This document shows positions 37,501 to 52,500 of a DNA stretch of 64,000 bases, piece after piece (position 1 is the first letter of the stretch; the number at the start of each line of letters is the position of its first letter). The stretch covers positions 3,658,001 through 3,722,000 of the forward strand of contig JBHGNT010000016.1 of assembly GCA_043228905.1 (NCBI GenBank), given 5' to 3'. The notes beneath the pieces were generated by a model. The model worked only from the letters and a program-made list of their open reading frames with translations, was not told the origin of the DNA and made no database searches. A program made the translations under genes and the position numbers. Source of the DNA: Azolla caroliniana. Taxonomy: Eukaryota > Plantae > Polypodiophyta.

Positions 37501-40500
37501 TTAAATTCTCAAATATCTGCGTCCTTCTGACTTTGTTTATCCCTTCACTAACATTATGAAAAATAGGCTAGTGCTAGTATATTTTCGGAAAGTAACATAA
37601 CTGTCATTTCTGTGAATGTTCAGCTGTGCTTGATGTAATACTGATGGTAGGAGCCTATAGAAGTTCACGGAAAAATGCAATGAATCGAATATTTGTACAA
37701 CTGATTTTTTTCGGAGGATGCACAGGCGGTTCATTTTACTTATATTTGTAAGTTATTATACCCGAGATAATCTTATTGTGTAAATTCATCTTTTAACTCT
37801 TACAACTTACGATAAATGATAATGTATGTCCTATTGAAATTAGTATAATTCTTTTATGTTTCCTATTCAAGTCTTATAGTACCACTATGTCTGAGTTGTA
37901 ACATAATTAATAGAATTTATTGGTATAATGGAAGTATTTTTTCATTAATCTTGCATAAAATTTCAGTAGATATGTCAATCGTTATAAAAGTTGTTTTCTA
38001 ATAGCAATATATGCCGTGGCAACATTTAATCCAATTGCTAAAGTTAACCTCATTCAGTGATAATCTGCATAACATTGTTTTGGTGGTCTTATGCTGAAAT
38101 GATCTTTTGAAGGATTTCTTATCTTTAAGATAGCATTATAAAGTGAACCCGTTAAGTACATAGAGGGAAACATCCCTTGCAATCTGGCTACAGAGTTTAA
38201 AGTGAAAGATTTTAACTTCGAAAAATTCCGGGACAAATAATTGTAAAATTCTATGACATCCTTTTGAAAATGTCTGCTGAATTTTTAGGAAGATGATGCT
38301 GGGCGAAAATGCATTCTTCCATATATACCTGCTAGTGCTAGGTGTATATGCAGCTGTCCAGCTTTTTGTAAGTCTGATTCTACACATTCCCTTGTTGAGA
38401 GAATGGTCTGAGGGAAGTGATAGGTTCAGAGTTATGGAAGCGTTAAAATGGCTTTTTCAGGTATGTCACATTGATCAAGGTCAAATGTATCTTTTGTAGG
38501 CATTAAGATGATATCTCTTAATGTATGATGATATTCTATTTACCTATGTTTCCCAGGAACGCTATTTTGTTGGACGTGGGTTGTATGAAAGGCCAAGTGA
38601 TTACATCAGGTTGTTCCTTTACTATGCTACTTGAAACTAACAATTGGCAATGGTTTGGTTCGGTTTGAGAGGGTCCAAACCGAACCGTTTAAATTGTTTG
38701 AAACCTGAACCAAACCGCGAAACTGTTAAACTGAACTGTTAAAACATTTTTCAAACCGTAAAAACTGTGGTTTCGTGGTTCGGTTTCGGTTTTCAACATA
38801 GGTCAAATTTATTATTTTTTAAAATTTATAATATTTCATTATTTAGAATTTTTAAAATTTTTAAGATGTTCCTAAAATGTGAGAATAAGGTGTAAAAATG
38901 AAAAGATTGTTTAAATTTTTTTTAGAATTAAATTTTTTTTTAATAAAAATAAAAATAAAAACCATTAAACCATTTAAACTGCGGTTTTTGATTGTTGAAA
39001 CTAAACCGAAACCGAACCGAACCGTTGAAACCGTTAAACAGTGGTTTCGCGGTTCGGTTCGGTTCAAACCAAACCCTTGCCGATTGTGACTTGAAACTTG
39101 GATGTTGATTCTGAGTTGGAATATTCAATATACCTTTTTCACATAGTTTGTTTTAGACTATGTGATCATTAGGTCACATTACTTGATTCTGAGCTAGGTG
39201 GTCAATTATAGTTTTTAGAAACTGCGTACTACCTCTCTCATGAATTTTTGTTTATATATCTGTCCTCATCTGCATTGATTAATGAATATTTCAACAAAGT
39301 TCTAGCTCCTTAGTTATACTTTGAATGCCTCTTTGACACTCACCTATATTTTATTCTTGTGGGATAAGAACCAAGGACATGGCCGAAGCTCGGTTCATAA
39401 ACAGGAACAATGTGAACTAGAATCTACAAGTAATTTAGAGACCTGATAAAACAGTAGAGCATGAATTATGACCTATTCTCATCTAAGTTGCAAGGGATCT
39501 ACATAAAGAACATCTGTTATCGTGGAAGTTCTCAACCCATTTTTCCACAAAGAAAGATTTAAAGCAAGATGGATCATCGTCTATGAAGGGCCAAAATGAC
39601 ATACGAGACTAAATCATCCATACCTTAATTATTTCTCATCATAAATATATAGATAGTCTACAGCATACTTAAGGCCAACATTGAGGTGTCTTGTCAGTTT
39701 GCCCCCTTTTTGGTATCATAGTTCTAAAGTGCTACAACTGTCTTGTTTTGAATGAGCTAAATCTAGTTGTTCTGGCTTGAATAATGGCTACTAAACATTT
39801 GAACTTTTTATGTTTCCCTGCACAATCCCTTTTCCTTCCTTTCACTTCTTGAAAGTGAAGAAACATCTTACTGGAGTTATCTCAAAAACTCAACATGAAC
39901 CAAGAAGTTTGAAATTTCCATATTGAACAAGATAGACTGCTGAAAGCTGGCAATATACTTTGAATGCACCTGGACAAATAAGTTTCAAAATTGAAGGTGA
40001 CCTGTTGGTTCCCTAGAGTCTTTTTGGGGAATAAAGTGAAATAAAATATGGTTCAAGTTATTGATTTCTGTTTTATTTCCCTTATGAGAATGGGTTTCAG
40101 AACAAAATTACAATGAACCACTTATGTACCAAACTTGTGCCAAGAGAAGTATTTGCCATTATAATGTAATCTAAATAATCCTACATTAGAAAACTGGTAG
40201 CATTGTCATCGAGGGTAGAATAGGTTGAGGATTTCAATCGGTATTGCATGAGAGGTCCTCATGCTTCTAAGGCAATGTATATAGGAAAGGCAGCAATTAT
40301 TCCTCAAGAATGCTGTTGACTGTTAACTGATATGTGGTGCATTATGATATTATGTCTGAGCTCCTAGATTGTTTTCTAGTAAACGTTCAGATTCTTCTTG
40401 CAGTAGAGTTGTAATCCAAATTTCTATTACTCCAAATCTGGTCGCAAACCTTTTTGACCTTCTCTCTTGCTGCTGCAACAGTTTCTAAATATATCACATA

Positions 40501-43500
40501 TAATAACAATCTAGCCTCATAATAAAATATGAGGTTGTTCTCCCCTCAAAATAATATTTCTAAGAATAAAACAGAGAACATAAATTAGTTTTTCTGGTTT
40601 TCTTATCAGTAGACATGTTATAAGTGATCACTAATGCCTGTTGTTTTTAACAGATATGTCTTATTTTGGGTGTTGGTGCTTGTCTCCAAATTCACCTTTA
40701 GCTATTTTCTTCAGGTTGGTGTTTAATCTTGACACTTGCCAGTGCTAAATATTTCTGTAGACTTGACATCTCATTAATCTTGGATACTGTCTTCAGTTTG
40801 GTGATTGTTTGGAAGTTTCACTGTCAAATATTTCTATGGGCTTAAAATCTCATTAATACAAATTCAACTTGTTGCCATAGATAAAGCCACTTGTGGGTGC
40901 CACAAATTCGATAACATCATATTCAGGAGAAATCAATTATAAATGGCATGACTTAATCTCCAAAGGTTTGTAATTTTATATTGCCCATCATAATCAAATA
41001 ATTAGAATTGTGGAATTGGGAGGTAGTGTGAGATGAAGTGTTTATGGCAAGGGTTAGGGTCTCAATCAAATAGTTGACAATTATGAAAAATAGGAACATA
41101 AGACCACCATACCAAGAGAAGTTTAGGTGCTCATTGTTATTAATTATAACTAATCAAGCTACCAAATCTCATAATTCTCATCATAGGTAATGTTCCTAAG
41201 CAATTGAATGCTTTTGTACATAATTAAATAAGATATTTTTTAGTGTCCATAGAGATGCCAAAATGACTGTAATTGAGGGGGAGAGACTGACCTCATAGAA
41301 GACTTGTGGTCTCCATTTTTCTTCTTGCATCTCCAACTTGCAAAGTTGAACCTATTGAGCTTTTATTCATGAGAGAGCTACCAATATTCTTCTTCTCTTT
41401 GTCTTCCTCCTTTCTGCATCAATAAATGGTGTCTGACTTCTAATACATGCGAGCTATGTAGTTGCACTATGATAACAACGGTCAACCTTGCTACTGTGTA
41501 TGCACCGACTTCAAGAGTAAAACAAGATCTGGGCAGGCTACGTTGGTTAATAACCCTCAAGCTGTAGTTATGAAAACGAGATGTTTAGTTCTCACATAGT
41601 GGATGGATAAAATAGCTATATGAGAGGAGATGTTGGGAATAAAGGGCCATCGTGCCTTTTATTAGTGCACAAGTGTGAACGCACTCGTAGCACACTTTTG
41701 ACTTGTATATACATAATATCTAAAAACCAAAAAAGAGGTACACTCTTTGTACCCAAGACAGAGTGCATCTCTCTCTCTCTCACTCAGACTCTCTCCCTCT
41801 CTGTTTTTGACCTAAACCCTAATCCTCGTGCTGCCTTCAAATTGGTATCAGAGCAGGGTTTAGGGTTTTATGCAGAGAAAAGTTTCGAGTTTTCTGTAGA
41901 GCAGAGTTTAAGGTTTTCTACAGAGCAGAGATTAGGGTTTTTTGCAGAGCAGAATTTAGGGTTTTTGCAGAGCAGGTCACGTTTTCTGCAGAGCAGGTTT
42001 GGTCTTCCGTTTTGGCTAAGAAACCATGAGTAGCAGTAGTGATAGTAGCCACCTTATGCACATCAAGAAGCTTGAGGGTGCACATAACTTCGCGGTTTGG
42101 AAAAAAGCAATGCTACAACATCCTGCTACAGAAGAAGCATGCAAAGCCTATTAAGGTCAAAGGGGTAAAGCCTACAGATATGGATGAAGATGATTGGCAA
42201 GAGTTGAATGAGCTTGCGCGCTCGACTATTGAGTTGTCGATTTTTGATGCTTTGCTTTTTAATATTGAAGGTTTGGACTCCACCTATTCTATATGGATTA
42301 GACTAGAGGAATTGTATGCCCAAAAGACGGCAACTACCAAAGTTTATTGGCTTAAGAAACTTATGGATTTGTGTATGACAGAGGGCACACCCATGTCAAT
42401 TCACCTGAGTGAGTTCAATTCCATTTTCAGCCAATTGGTTGCCTTAAAATTCATCATTGATGATGAGTTTAAGGCCACGTTTTTACTTTGCACCTTGCCA
42501 GAAATTTGGGCTACTTTCAGGACTGTTATGAGCAATTCAAATGCGATGCTTCTTTATGCCGATGTAGAGAGTTCTCTACTCATGGAAGAGATGAGTCTGC
42601 AAAATAATGCATCCAATAAGTCCTCTAGTGCGTTGCATATGAGGGGTAGGTCACAACAAAGAGGCAAATCTGATAGTTATGGCCGTAATAAATCACGTGG
42701 TAAAGATGTAGAATGCCATCACTGTGGCAAAAAGGGTACACTTTAAACGTGATTGTTTCAAATGGAAGAAAGAGAAAGGAAAGGGCAAGAAGATAGATGA
42801 TTTCATAGAAGAAAAGAGAGAGATTCAACCGAGGAAAGGCAATACTAAAATTGAAGAGGTGAATGTAGTCACTCATGATAGTGATAGTGGAAATGATGTA
42901 CTCTTTGTTTCATGATGCCATAGAGATCATGCTTTCCTTGCAGATACGGATGGTGACATGCACACTTGGATACTCAATTCTGGTGCTTCTTTTCACGTCA
43001 CTCCTCATCATGAGTGGTTTTCAGATTGCACAGGGGGATACGGATGGTGACATGCACACTTGGATACTCGATTCCGGTGCTTCTTTTCACGTCACTCCTC
43101 ATCATGAGTGGTTTTCAGATTACACATGTGGTTGACATGGTGTTGTCCATCTTGGGGACAACTATGCATGTGAAATTGCAGGTATTGGCACTGTGCAATT
43201 ACAGTTTCAGCATGGGTCTGCTTTCACACTGTACGACATGTACCTCAGCTCAAGAAGAGCTTGATTAGCACAGGACAGCTAGATGATGATGGATTTCACA
43301 CAACCTTTGGTGATGGGAAATGGAAGATTTGTAAGGGATCTAGAGTTATTGCCAAGGGTAGTAAAAGTGATACTTTGTATCCTCTCCATGTATCTAGTGT
43401 GAGTGACCATGTTGTTGCCATAACCGAGCAGCCTAGTGTTTCTTTGTGGCATGGCCGGTTGGGACACATGAGTGAAACTGGTATGAAAGTACTTTCTTGT

Positions 43501-46500
43501 TTGGGTTACTTGCCATGTCTTCGTTATGCTGATTTTGAACATTGTGATCATTGCATTTATGGTAAACATGTACAAACATCTCATAAAAAGTCTATTTTGC
43601 TGAAGTCGTCCCCGCTTGAGTTTGTACATTCAGATGTATGTCAGATGCCAGGGCTATCATTAGGGGGAAAGAAATACTTAGTCACTTTTGTCGATGATGC
43701 TACACGGAAGGTATGGGTTTACCCTATTTGTAGCAATGATGAAGTGCTCGACAAGTTTCAAACATTTTTGGCATTAGTTGAGAATCAAATTGATAAGACA
43801 CTTAAGTGTCTTCGCTCTAACAATGGTGGGGAATATGTGTCCAAGGCTTTTCAAGCACTTTGTGACAGCAAAGGGATAAAGAGGGAACTCACTGCCCCTT
43901 ATAATCCACCCCAAAATGGAGTTGCAGAGCGTATGAATCGGACTATTCAAGATAAGGTCCGTACTATGCGGTCTCATGCTGCGTTACCCCATGGTTTTTG
44001 GGCAGAGGCTGTTATGACAGCTGTTTACTTGATTAATCGGTCACCTAACAGGTCTTTGGGAGGGGGAATACCCCAAGAAGCGTGGTCTGGCAAGCCACCT
44101 TCATATGCTCACTTGAGAGTGTTTGGCTGTGAGGCTTTTGTGCACATTCGTAAAGAAGAACGCAACAAACTTGAGCCAAAGTCCTGCAAATGTATTTTCC
44201 TAGGATACGGTGATGAGGGTGAAATGGGGTATAGATTGTGGGATCCCGAGAAACGAAAAATAGTATGCAGCAATGATGCATAAACAACCCGAAAAGACGG
44301 AGGAAGTACGTAGGGTTGTATTCCGAGAAGAAATACCTTTTAGACAGGAAAATGTGCCCGCTGTACAGCAGCAAACACCTGCTGTAAAATTACCTGCAAA
44401 TGCAGAAAATGAGGTTGGAAATCATCAGCCAGCCTTTGCCAATAATGATGAGCCACCAAATGTGCACGAACAGCTAGAACAGCAAGCTGTGAATGCTGAT
44501 TTGCAGGTTGAAATGCCTGGACTGGAAATTGAAAATGATGATTTGCAGGCTCAACAGCTACCAAACAATGAGCATTGGGTTAGGAGATCGTCTAGAGTTA
44601 CTAGACAGCCTGACAGATTTGTTCCTGATGCAAACAGTGTGGCTGATTATGTTATGGTAACTGATTGTGGCGAACCGACGTGCTTCAAGGAAGCAATAGA
44701 CAGACAGGACAATAAGAAATGGTATAAAGCCATGTTGTCAGAGATGGAATCTCTTGAGAAAAATGACACTTGGGATTTGGTGCAATTGCCTAAAGGGCAG
44801 AAAACACTTCCATGCAAATGGGTTTATAAAATGAAGGTCATTTCTGATTCCTCGCCAAAGTACAAAACAAGATTGGTTGCAAAAGGATACAAGCTGGAAT
44901 ATGGAATTGATTTTGATGAGATCCTCTCACCTGTAGTCAAGATGACTACATTAAGAATAATTTTGGGCTTAGTTGCAGCTGAAGATATGGAGCTCATACA
45001 GATGGATGTGAAGACCGCCTTTTTACATGGCGATCTGCATGAAGACATATATATGCAGCAGCCTGAAGGTTTTGTGGCTAAAGGCAAAGAGAAGATGGTT
45101 TGTAAGCTCAAAAGGAGTTTGTATGGGTTGAAACAAGCACCAAGAGAATGGTATCATAAATTTGATGCATTCATGCAGTCTCAAGGTTTTCGTAGAAGTC
45201 AAGTAGACCACTGCTTGTACACCAAGAAGGCAGGAGATGGCAGCCTGATTATCTTGGTTTTGTATGTTGATGATATGTTGATTGCTGGCAAGGATATTCA
45301 TGCCTTGGATTCATTGAAGCAAAGCCTTCATGGCAGCTTTGATATGTAGGATCTTATGTGATGCAAATCACATCCTTGGCATGTGAATAATCCGAAACTG
45401 ATCGAAAGGGGTACTCTTTCTATCTCAACAGGAGTATATCTCTAAGGTTTTGCAACGTTTCAATATGGAGGGGGGGAAAACAATTGGGGTTCCATTGCCT
45501 CCATATTTGAAACTCAGTGCAGAAGACAGCCCTACATCTGATGATGAGAAGGCTGAAATGGCTAAGGTTCCATATGCTTCTGCCGTTGGCAGTTTGATAT
45601 ATGCAATGGTTGCTACACGCCATGATACTGCCTTTGCAGTGGGAGTGGTTAGTAGGTACATGGCAAATCCCGGCAAAAAACATTGGGAAGCGGTGAAAGG
45701 TATTATGATATACCTCAAAGGCACAAAAGACTTGGGCATTTGCTTTGGAAAGCAAAAGGCATCTGTCGTTGGTTTTATAGATGCGGACTATGCTGGTCAC
45801 ATAGACTGCAGGAAGTCTACTTCTGGGTATGTGTTTACTTTCACAGGAGGAGCGGTCTCTTGGATCTCCAAACTATAGAAGTGTGTTGCATTGTCTACTC
45901 TAGAGGCAGAGTATGTTGCTGCCACTGAGGCATGCAAAGAGGCTTTATGGCTTTCATATCTAGTGAGAGATCTTGGCATTACAAAGTTACCTATTCTTCA
46001 TTGTGACAGCCAGAGTGCTATCATGCTAGCTCGGAATCCCGTCTTTCATGCAAAGACGAAGCACATAGAGGTGAAGTATCACTTCATCAGAGATGTACTT
46101 GATAGCAAGAACATTGAGCTTGTCAAAGTACATACAAATAATAATCTTGCAGATCTTCTCACGAAGGGTCTTCCAGCTGAGCGATTTGCTCATTGCCGAC
46201 AGATGATGGGAGTTGGATAGATGTATGTAGTTCAGCTTTGTACATACTTGGACTTGGCTGACTTTTTTTTTTCTTCTCACGGCACATTGCCTTTAGGTGG
46301 GAGGTTGTTGGGAATAAAGGGCCATCGTGCCTTTTATTAGTGCACGAGTGTGAACGCACTCGTAGCACACTTTTGACTTGTATATACATAATATCTAAAA
46401 ACCAAAAAAGAGGTACACTCTTTGTACCCAAGACAACGTGCATCTCTCTCTCTCCCTTTGTCTCTTACTTAAACTCTCTCCCTCTCGGTTTTTGACCTAA

Positions 46501-49500
46501 ACCCTAATCCTCATGCTGCGTTCAGGAGAGAGATACAATTAAACACCAAAGAGCAAAAACTATATGATGGGGGAAGATCACAATGAAGTTACAAGTAATG
46601 CTAAAAAGTAACGATAACTAATCATTTATACAAAAGATGGTTCATGGTTTATAATTGACTTCAATGGAAGTACTTATAGAAGCTGGGAACAATCTAGTAA
46701 TGATGGGATTAGAATTAGAATTAGAATTTTTATCGTCCATAAAGAGGCCAGTTTTGACCTATGGGACCAGAGTATACATGTGTTCTTGATATGTGTTTCC
46801 TTCCTAAGAAGGGGTATTCATACATTGAAGCACAAAGTCTGTATGTGTGAATAAAGCATACACATATGAGCTCAATCTTCTAGGTGGTGTCTTAAGTATG
46901 GCAACTAAATTATCACTACCTCGTAGTATGTCAGCATATCTTGAACGAATTGCACTATATGTCGAACATGTGAAGAGCAAGTGACATTCATCCTCTACCA
47001 TGCATTCGATGCATACTTTACATGTCTTCAAATTCGTTACATCTTGATACCATGATGCAACTTCACTACCTAACTTGTGAGATCGAGTGCGAAGTAGTGT
47101 AAGGGCTCTACGAGCATTACTACTTATATTGGTAATGAGATAAGGTTGGATACGATCAATAGGCGTTCTTGCTTTATATTGAGACCAACATTCAGGGTTG
47201 ACATTTGCAATGTAATATTCTAGCTTTGTCCTCTTAGCATCTTCCCACTTCATCCTTAATGATTCCACCAACCTTTCGTCAATCGTTACATAATGCATAG
47301 CATCGCCCGAAAGCTCTAAAAGATCATCCACACCCCATCTTCTAAACCATTTCCTTATGTCAACAACCCAACCAGATGAGGGAATCTTACTCTTATGATT
47401 CTTTTGTAGCTTACATCCAACATTCCAAGCAAGATGTGGTAATCGATGATTCGACATATTCTTGACTTTTGTAATGTATTTATATACTCTTTGGAGTGCC
47501 AATGTTTTCTATGGGTCGAACACCTGTTTCCAAGAGCATAACCTGGTAAGAGGCAGTGCATTTAACTCGTAACTGCCTCCTAACCTGGGAGAGTTAGATT
47601 TTGAAGGTGTCAACTTTATTCAATACAAATGTATTTTCATTAACAAGTTAATGGTGTGTTTTAACACACCTGCCCCAAGGAGTGTGAGTTCATGCACAAG
47701 GTGTGTGGTTGAGCTTGTTATCTCACAATTCAAACTTCATGTGAATTTTATTTTATAAACAAATGGATTTGAACATATAACAAGTAATCTAAATATGAAT
47801 TATTAAGTTGAACAATTATAGTTGAATGTAATACTTACATTGTGTTCTTTTGTGTTGATTATATTTATATTTGTATTCCTAACAATATCCTGACATATCT
47901 TTATTTTTCTTCCCCAGATAATCATAATGCTTTAACTGTATTCTTCTTGTGGGCTCCAATTGTTTTGGTATGTGCATATTGTCAGTAACTTTCAGTTTGT
48001 ATGATGCACACATTGAATATTTTCAAAACATTCTCAAGTGTTATCTTACATTGTGTTTGCTAATTCTGGAAGGATGTTTTTGAATGTAATTGTACCTGAT
48101 GAAAATTTCTTAACATTTGGAATCCCAAAGATTTCTACGGAATTTGTATTGAACATAATAAGGCATTCAAAGTTAGAATAGGTTTCATTGGTCTCCTTCC
48201 CAGATAGGCTCTGTGCTATTCGTGGAACTGGTGTCAATGCTAAGTATCTGCATGTTCTAATTCTCCGATTATTCATGGATCAACATGCTCTTATGTATTT
48301 TACTGGCTTTCTCTAGAGTCAACCTCTTACATTCAGTGATAATAACGTGCTGTATTAGAGAAAAGATTACCAGTGGTGGGGCCTATGCTCCAGAGCGTGG
48401 GGACAGGAAATCTGGAAGTATTCACTCATGATCCCAGTTCTGTTGCCGCTAAAAATCCAGATTTTTAAAATTATAAAAATACTCATTAGCTGTTCAGATA
48501 TCTGATGGAAGCACATCAATTGCATGAGAAAAAAAGTGAGTGCTACAGGCCATAATTTGGATATCTTTAACAGACCATTTTTCAAAACAATGTTAACGAT
48601 TTCTTCAAACATAGACAACTGTACATTGCCTACTAGCATGTTTCCCCTTCTTGTGTTTGAAATAACTTTGACCGATAGTTCAAGCTTTTTGCATATGCCA
48701 AGCAGAAACCCAAAAAGCCAACTTTTCATAAATAACTTTTTGCATATGCGCAATCAATCTTCATATGGGGATGAAGAAGAAAGGAAATCTAAACAACTTA
48801 TTTACTGGTAATAATATCAGCAATTGCATCAATCAATCTAAGATATCTCCATAAAATATTCTGCAAAACATTTCCAGATATGAAACAAATCAACTCTTCC
48901 CTAAACTTGCTGGTGTAAAACAGCCGTATTGACGACTCAATTTAAATTGTTGGTCATTGGACGAAACAATAGAGGCAGATAGGTGTCCACCATGTTTAAA
49001 TAGGAGTGAGCTAGAGGCAGATAGGTCATTGGAATCTGAAATATTTGGAACACCAAACTGTTGCCAATGAAAGAGTGCAGGAGCTTAACTTTTGCCTGAG
49101 TGGAAAAAGCAATATGTGACTCAGTTTCCAAGCAATTTGGGATGCAATTTTTAAGGGTGTTCCAGCCACTCAATGTATTATGATGTCAGGGATCTATAAT
49201 GATGCTGTTATAATGTTTTAAGATTTTTTATGCTATTTTTATTTTGAGCTTGAAAATTTAAAGGTATTAGGCTTGATTCCAGTGTAGTGTATGCCAACAA
49301 AGTTCCTCAGTTCACTTAAACAAATTTGCTTGCAGATTTATCTTCTCGACATTTCGATTTGGTACACAATTTGGTCTGCATTTTTAGGAGGTCTAATTGG
49401 TGCAAAAGACCGGCTTGGGGAAGTATGATGATAATTCTTGTTTAATTTATCTGTGATGTATGTATTTAAAGGCTATAAAGGTGTAAACGTACATTTATTA

Positions 49501-52500
49501 TTTTTTTATAAATTTTAATACCATTGACTGTCCATATATTTTTGTGTTCATGTTTGACAATGGCTTTTAATTTGGTGAGTAATTTTTTCCAGATACGTTC
49601 CATTGAGATGTTGAGGAATCGGTTTGATACATTTCCAGAGGCCTTTGTGAAGAACTTGGAATACAACCAGTAAGATTGTATCCAGATGAAACCTAGATTG
49701 TTATTTGTAAGGAATAAAGTGGTAATTACAAGTTTTTTTTATGCAGGCAACGAAATTCAAGTATCGAGGTAAGTGTTGAATCTATGTGTAATGTCATTTT
49801 CCCAAGTGTAGAAGTGTATATTGTCAAATGAATAGTCTAAGAATAACTATACGTGGAGATTAAATGATGTACAATAGCCATGGTACTTGTATGTATCAGA
49901 TTTGTATAGTAATCAGAATTGGGGCATTTATTATTCTTTTGTTCTCTCAAACAGTTAATATAAAACCCGTTTTTACTAGAAAATAAAAGTGGGTTCATAA
50001 GGCAGTTATTGGAGTACAAATATTGTTTTATAATAATCTGAATGAGAGAGAATGGAGGTCCATTTTAAAGGGTTTTAGAGGTCAATGGAGGAGTTTATCA
50101 TAGTTGTTTTCTGAGATACTAAGAAAAAGAAAAATGCAGTCTGGTTTTTTATCAAAGAATAAAATGGCAGTTTCTATTATATCAAAGAAAAACAATTTTC
50201 CAAAACTTTTACCTGGGAGGCCAAATTGGGGAGCTTCTAGCATGGTTCTAGATTTGAGGTTTCTCAAAATGAAACACTCTTGAAATTTCTAAGCTGAATT
50301 GATCATTGGTACGTTTTTCTGGGTAAACCTAACATTGTATGCAGACACCAGTTATACAGAGTCATGAGAAATTTCCGAAGTTTAAACAGGCCACTATTTG
50401 TTTTCATGGTTCAGTGTATATGATGTGTAATTGAGTATATTTAAGCAGACGCATCTAATCCATGGTTTGAACTGTACTGCAGGAAACCATTCAGTCAAAG
50501 AAAGAGGAAGCTTCTGTGTTTGCACCTTTCTGGAATGAGATCATTAATTGTCTTCGAGCCGAAGATTATGTAACAAATCGGTATGTAGTCTATAGATAAA
50601 TCTGTTCCATAGACCTGACTTTCAAACTGATGGAGACTAAATATTGAGGTCAATTCTAGATATAAGTGAGAATTTAGAATATAATTCTCCCATAGACCTT
50701 AAATCTAGAATGCAAATAAACCTTTCATTTAATGATTTTGATCTGACCAATTCTAGAAATAAGATAGAATATGGAATATATTGCAGCAGTATACCTAAAA
50801 ACATATCATTCAAATTAAAATTACAGTCATACAATATCAGATAATAGAAAATACATCTGTGGAAAATGTAAAAATATCCTGCACATCCTGGACTATGGCT
50901 CATATTAAAACTTTGTTTATGAAGTTCTGTTTACTGGTATGAATTGCTCTTTTTATACGTTCTACCTGCATGTTGTATCCATTACAGAGAGAAGGACTTG
51001 CTTATCATGCCATCCAATAAAGGAGATTTAAATCTTGTTCAATGGCCATTGTTTCTTCTTGTCAGTAAGGTATACAGTTTGTAATGAAGTTAAGTGTCTG
51101 GACATTTTGCTGCTTCTATTTGGTAGATTTTCTGTGATTAAAGTTGTTAATCAATGATACAGGTTTTCTTGGCAATGGAACTTGCAATGGAGAAAAAGGA
51201 GAATACTGAAGAGCTATGGGAGAAATTAGGGAAAGATCCTTATATGTCTTGTGCAGTTAAGGAGGTTTACGAGAGTGTCAAATTGCTACTTAATGGCTTG
51301 TTATTTGATGATGACATGAAATGGTAACTTAGATAATGTTGTTTTGATTTCACAGATATCATAGAATTAGCCTTTAGTCGTTTTCACTTTGGACTTATTT
51401 GATCGCTAGGTTTCAAAAAATGTTTCATGACGCAGAAGAGGGCTTACGTTTTGGATCTTTTTTTACAATGTTTCAAATGAGTAACCTTCAGAATGTAGTC
51501 ACACGGATCACAGCTTTGACTGGCTTATTACTTGTAAGTGTCATGCTACATTTCTTTTATTGCTAAAAAGATATTGCAGTGTATGGTTTAGAAATCTTGA
51601 ACGTGGCAGTCTGAAATGGATTTTATAGATTCCTTTCATCCTGGAAAAGGTCAGAAACACTAGCCTGAAAGATGTAGAAATTATTTTAAATTTAAAATAT
51701 AATATAATAACCAGTGTATAATATATGTGTGAAAGTGAAACTTCAACAATTGTTTATCCCAAGTTTTGAAATGGTGGAAATATATTATCTTTATATCATT
51801 ATTTCTCGAGAAAAGCACAGTTGCATTAGAAAATGGGAAGCAGGGGCTGCATAAAACTGTAAAATGGGAAGCACGATGGTATGTATAGATGGCTTTTGAG
51901 AAATTGTGTTTCCCTATTTTTGATTGATTGAAAATGATTTGTTCATACTTTGGATTATGAGTGGATGTTGTGCTTGTTGCTAATGGCAGCCAAACTGTAA
52001 TTAATACAATTATTATGTTTCAAAAAGTATTTCTCTTTAGCTCATCTATTATGTGGAATATGATAAATGCAAAAAGCAGGGAAAAGCAAGTGTTGAGGAA
52101 CCTAGAATGTATTCAAAATCCATCATGGATGCATTAAACGATCTCTGGTTAGCTGTGGTAAAATTCAGGTATGGTTACATCTCCCAGCCAATTTTGATTG
52201 TGTGGCAATTTCAATTTTCTAGTATGGGTAACCTTTATTCAAGTGTCATAACTCTTCAGAGTCATCAAATAATTATTACAATGGTCATCATCCCATAGTT
52301 TTGCACATTGCCAATGTGCTCGAAAATCAGCTTTTGGAATGAAATACCTGGTCATGGCCATTGAGTATAGGAATAAGGAATATTTTATTAATATTATAAA
52401 GTTGATTACACCTCTCATCCTGACTGTTTATTTTTATTGCTAATTAAACCTTCATATTTGGTTAAATTTGAAGATCATGTGCATCACTTATACGTAGGAC

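Noticed and set aside
41814-41990. Telomere-like AAACCCTAA/TTAGGGTTT motifs, including a ~15 bp match to the repeat at ~4647
   Set aside because: Isolated telo-box-type motifs are common in plant LTRs and 5' UTRs; the match is too short to imply common origin.
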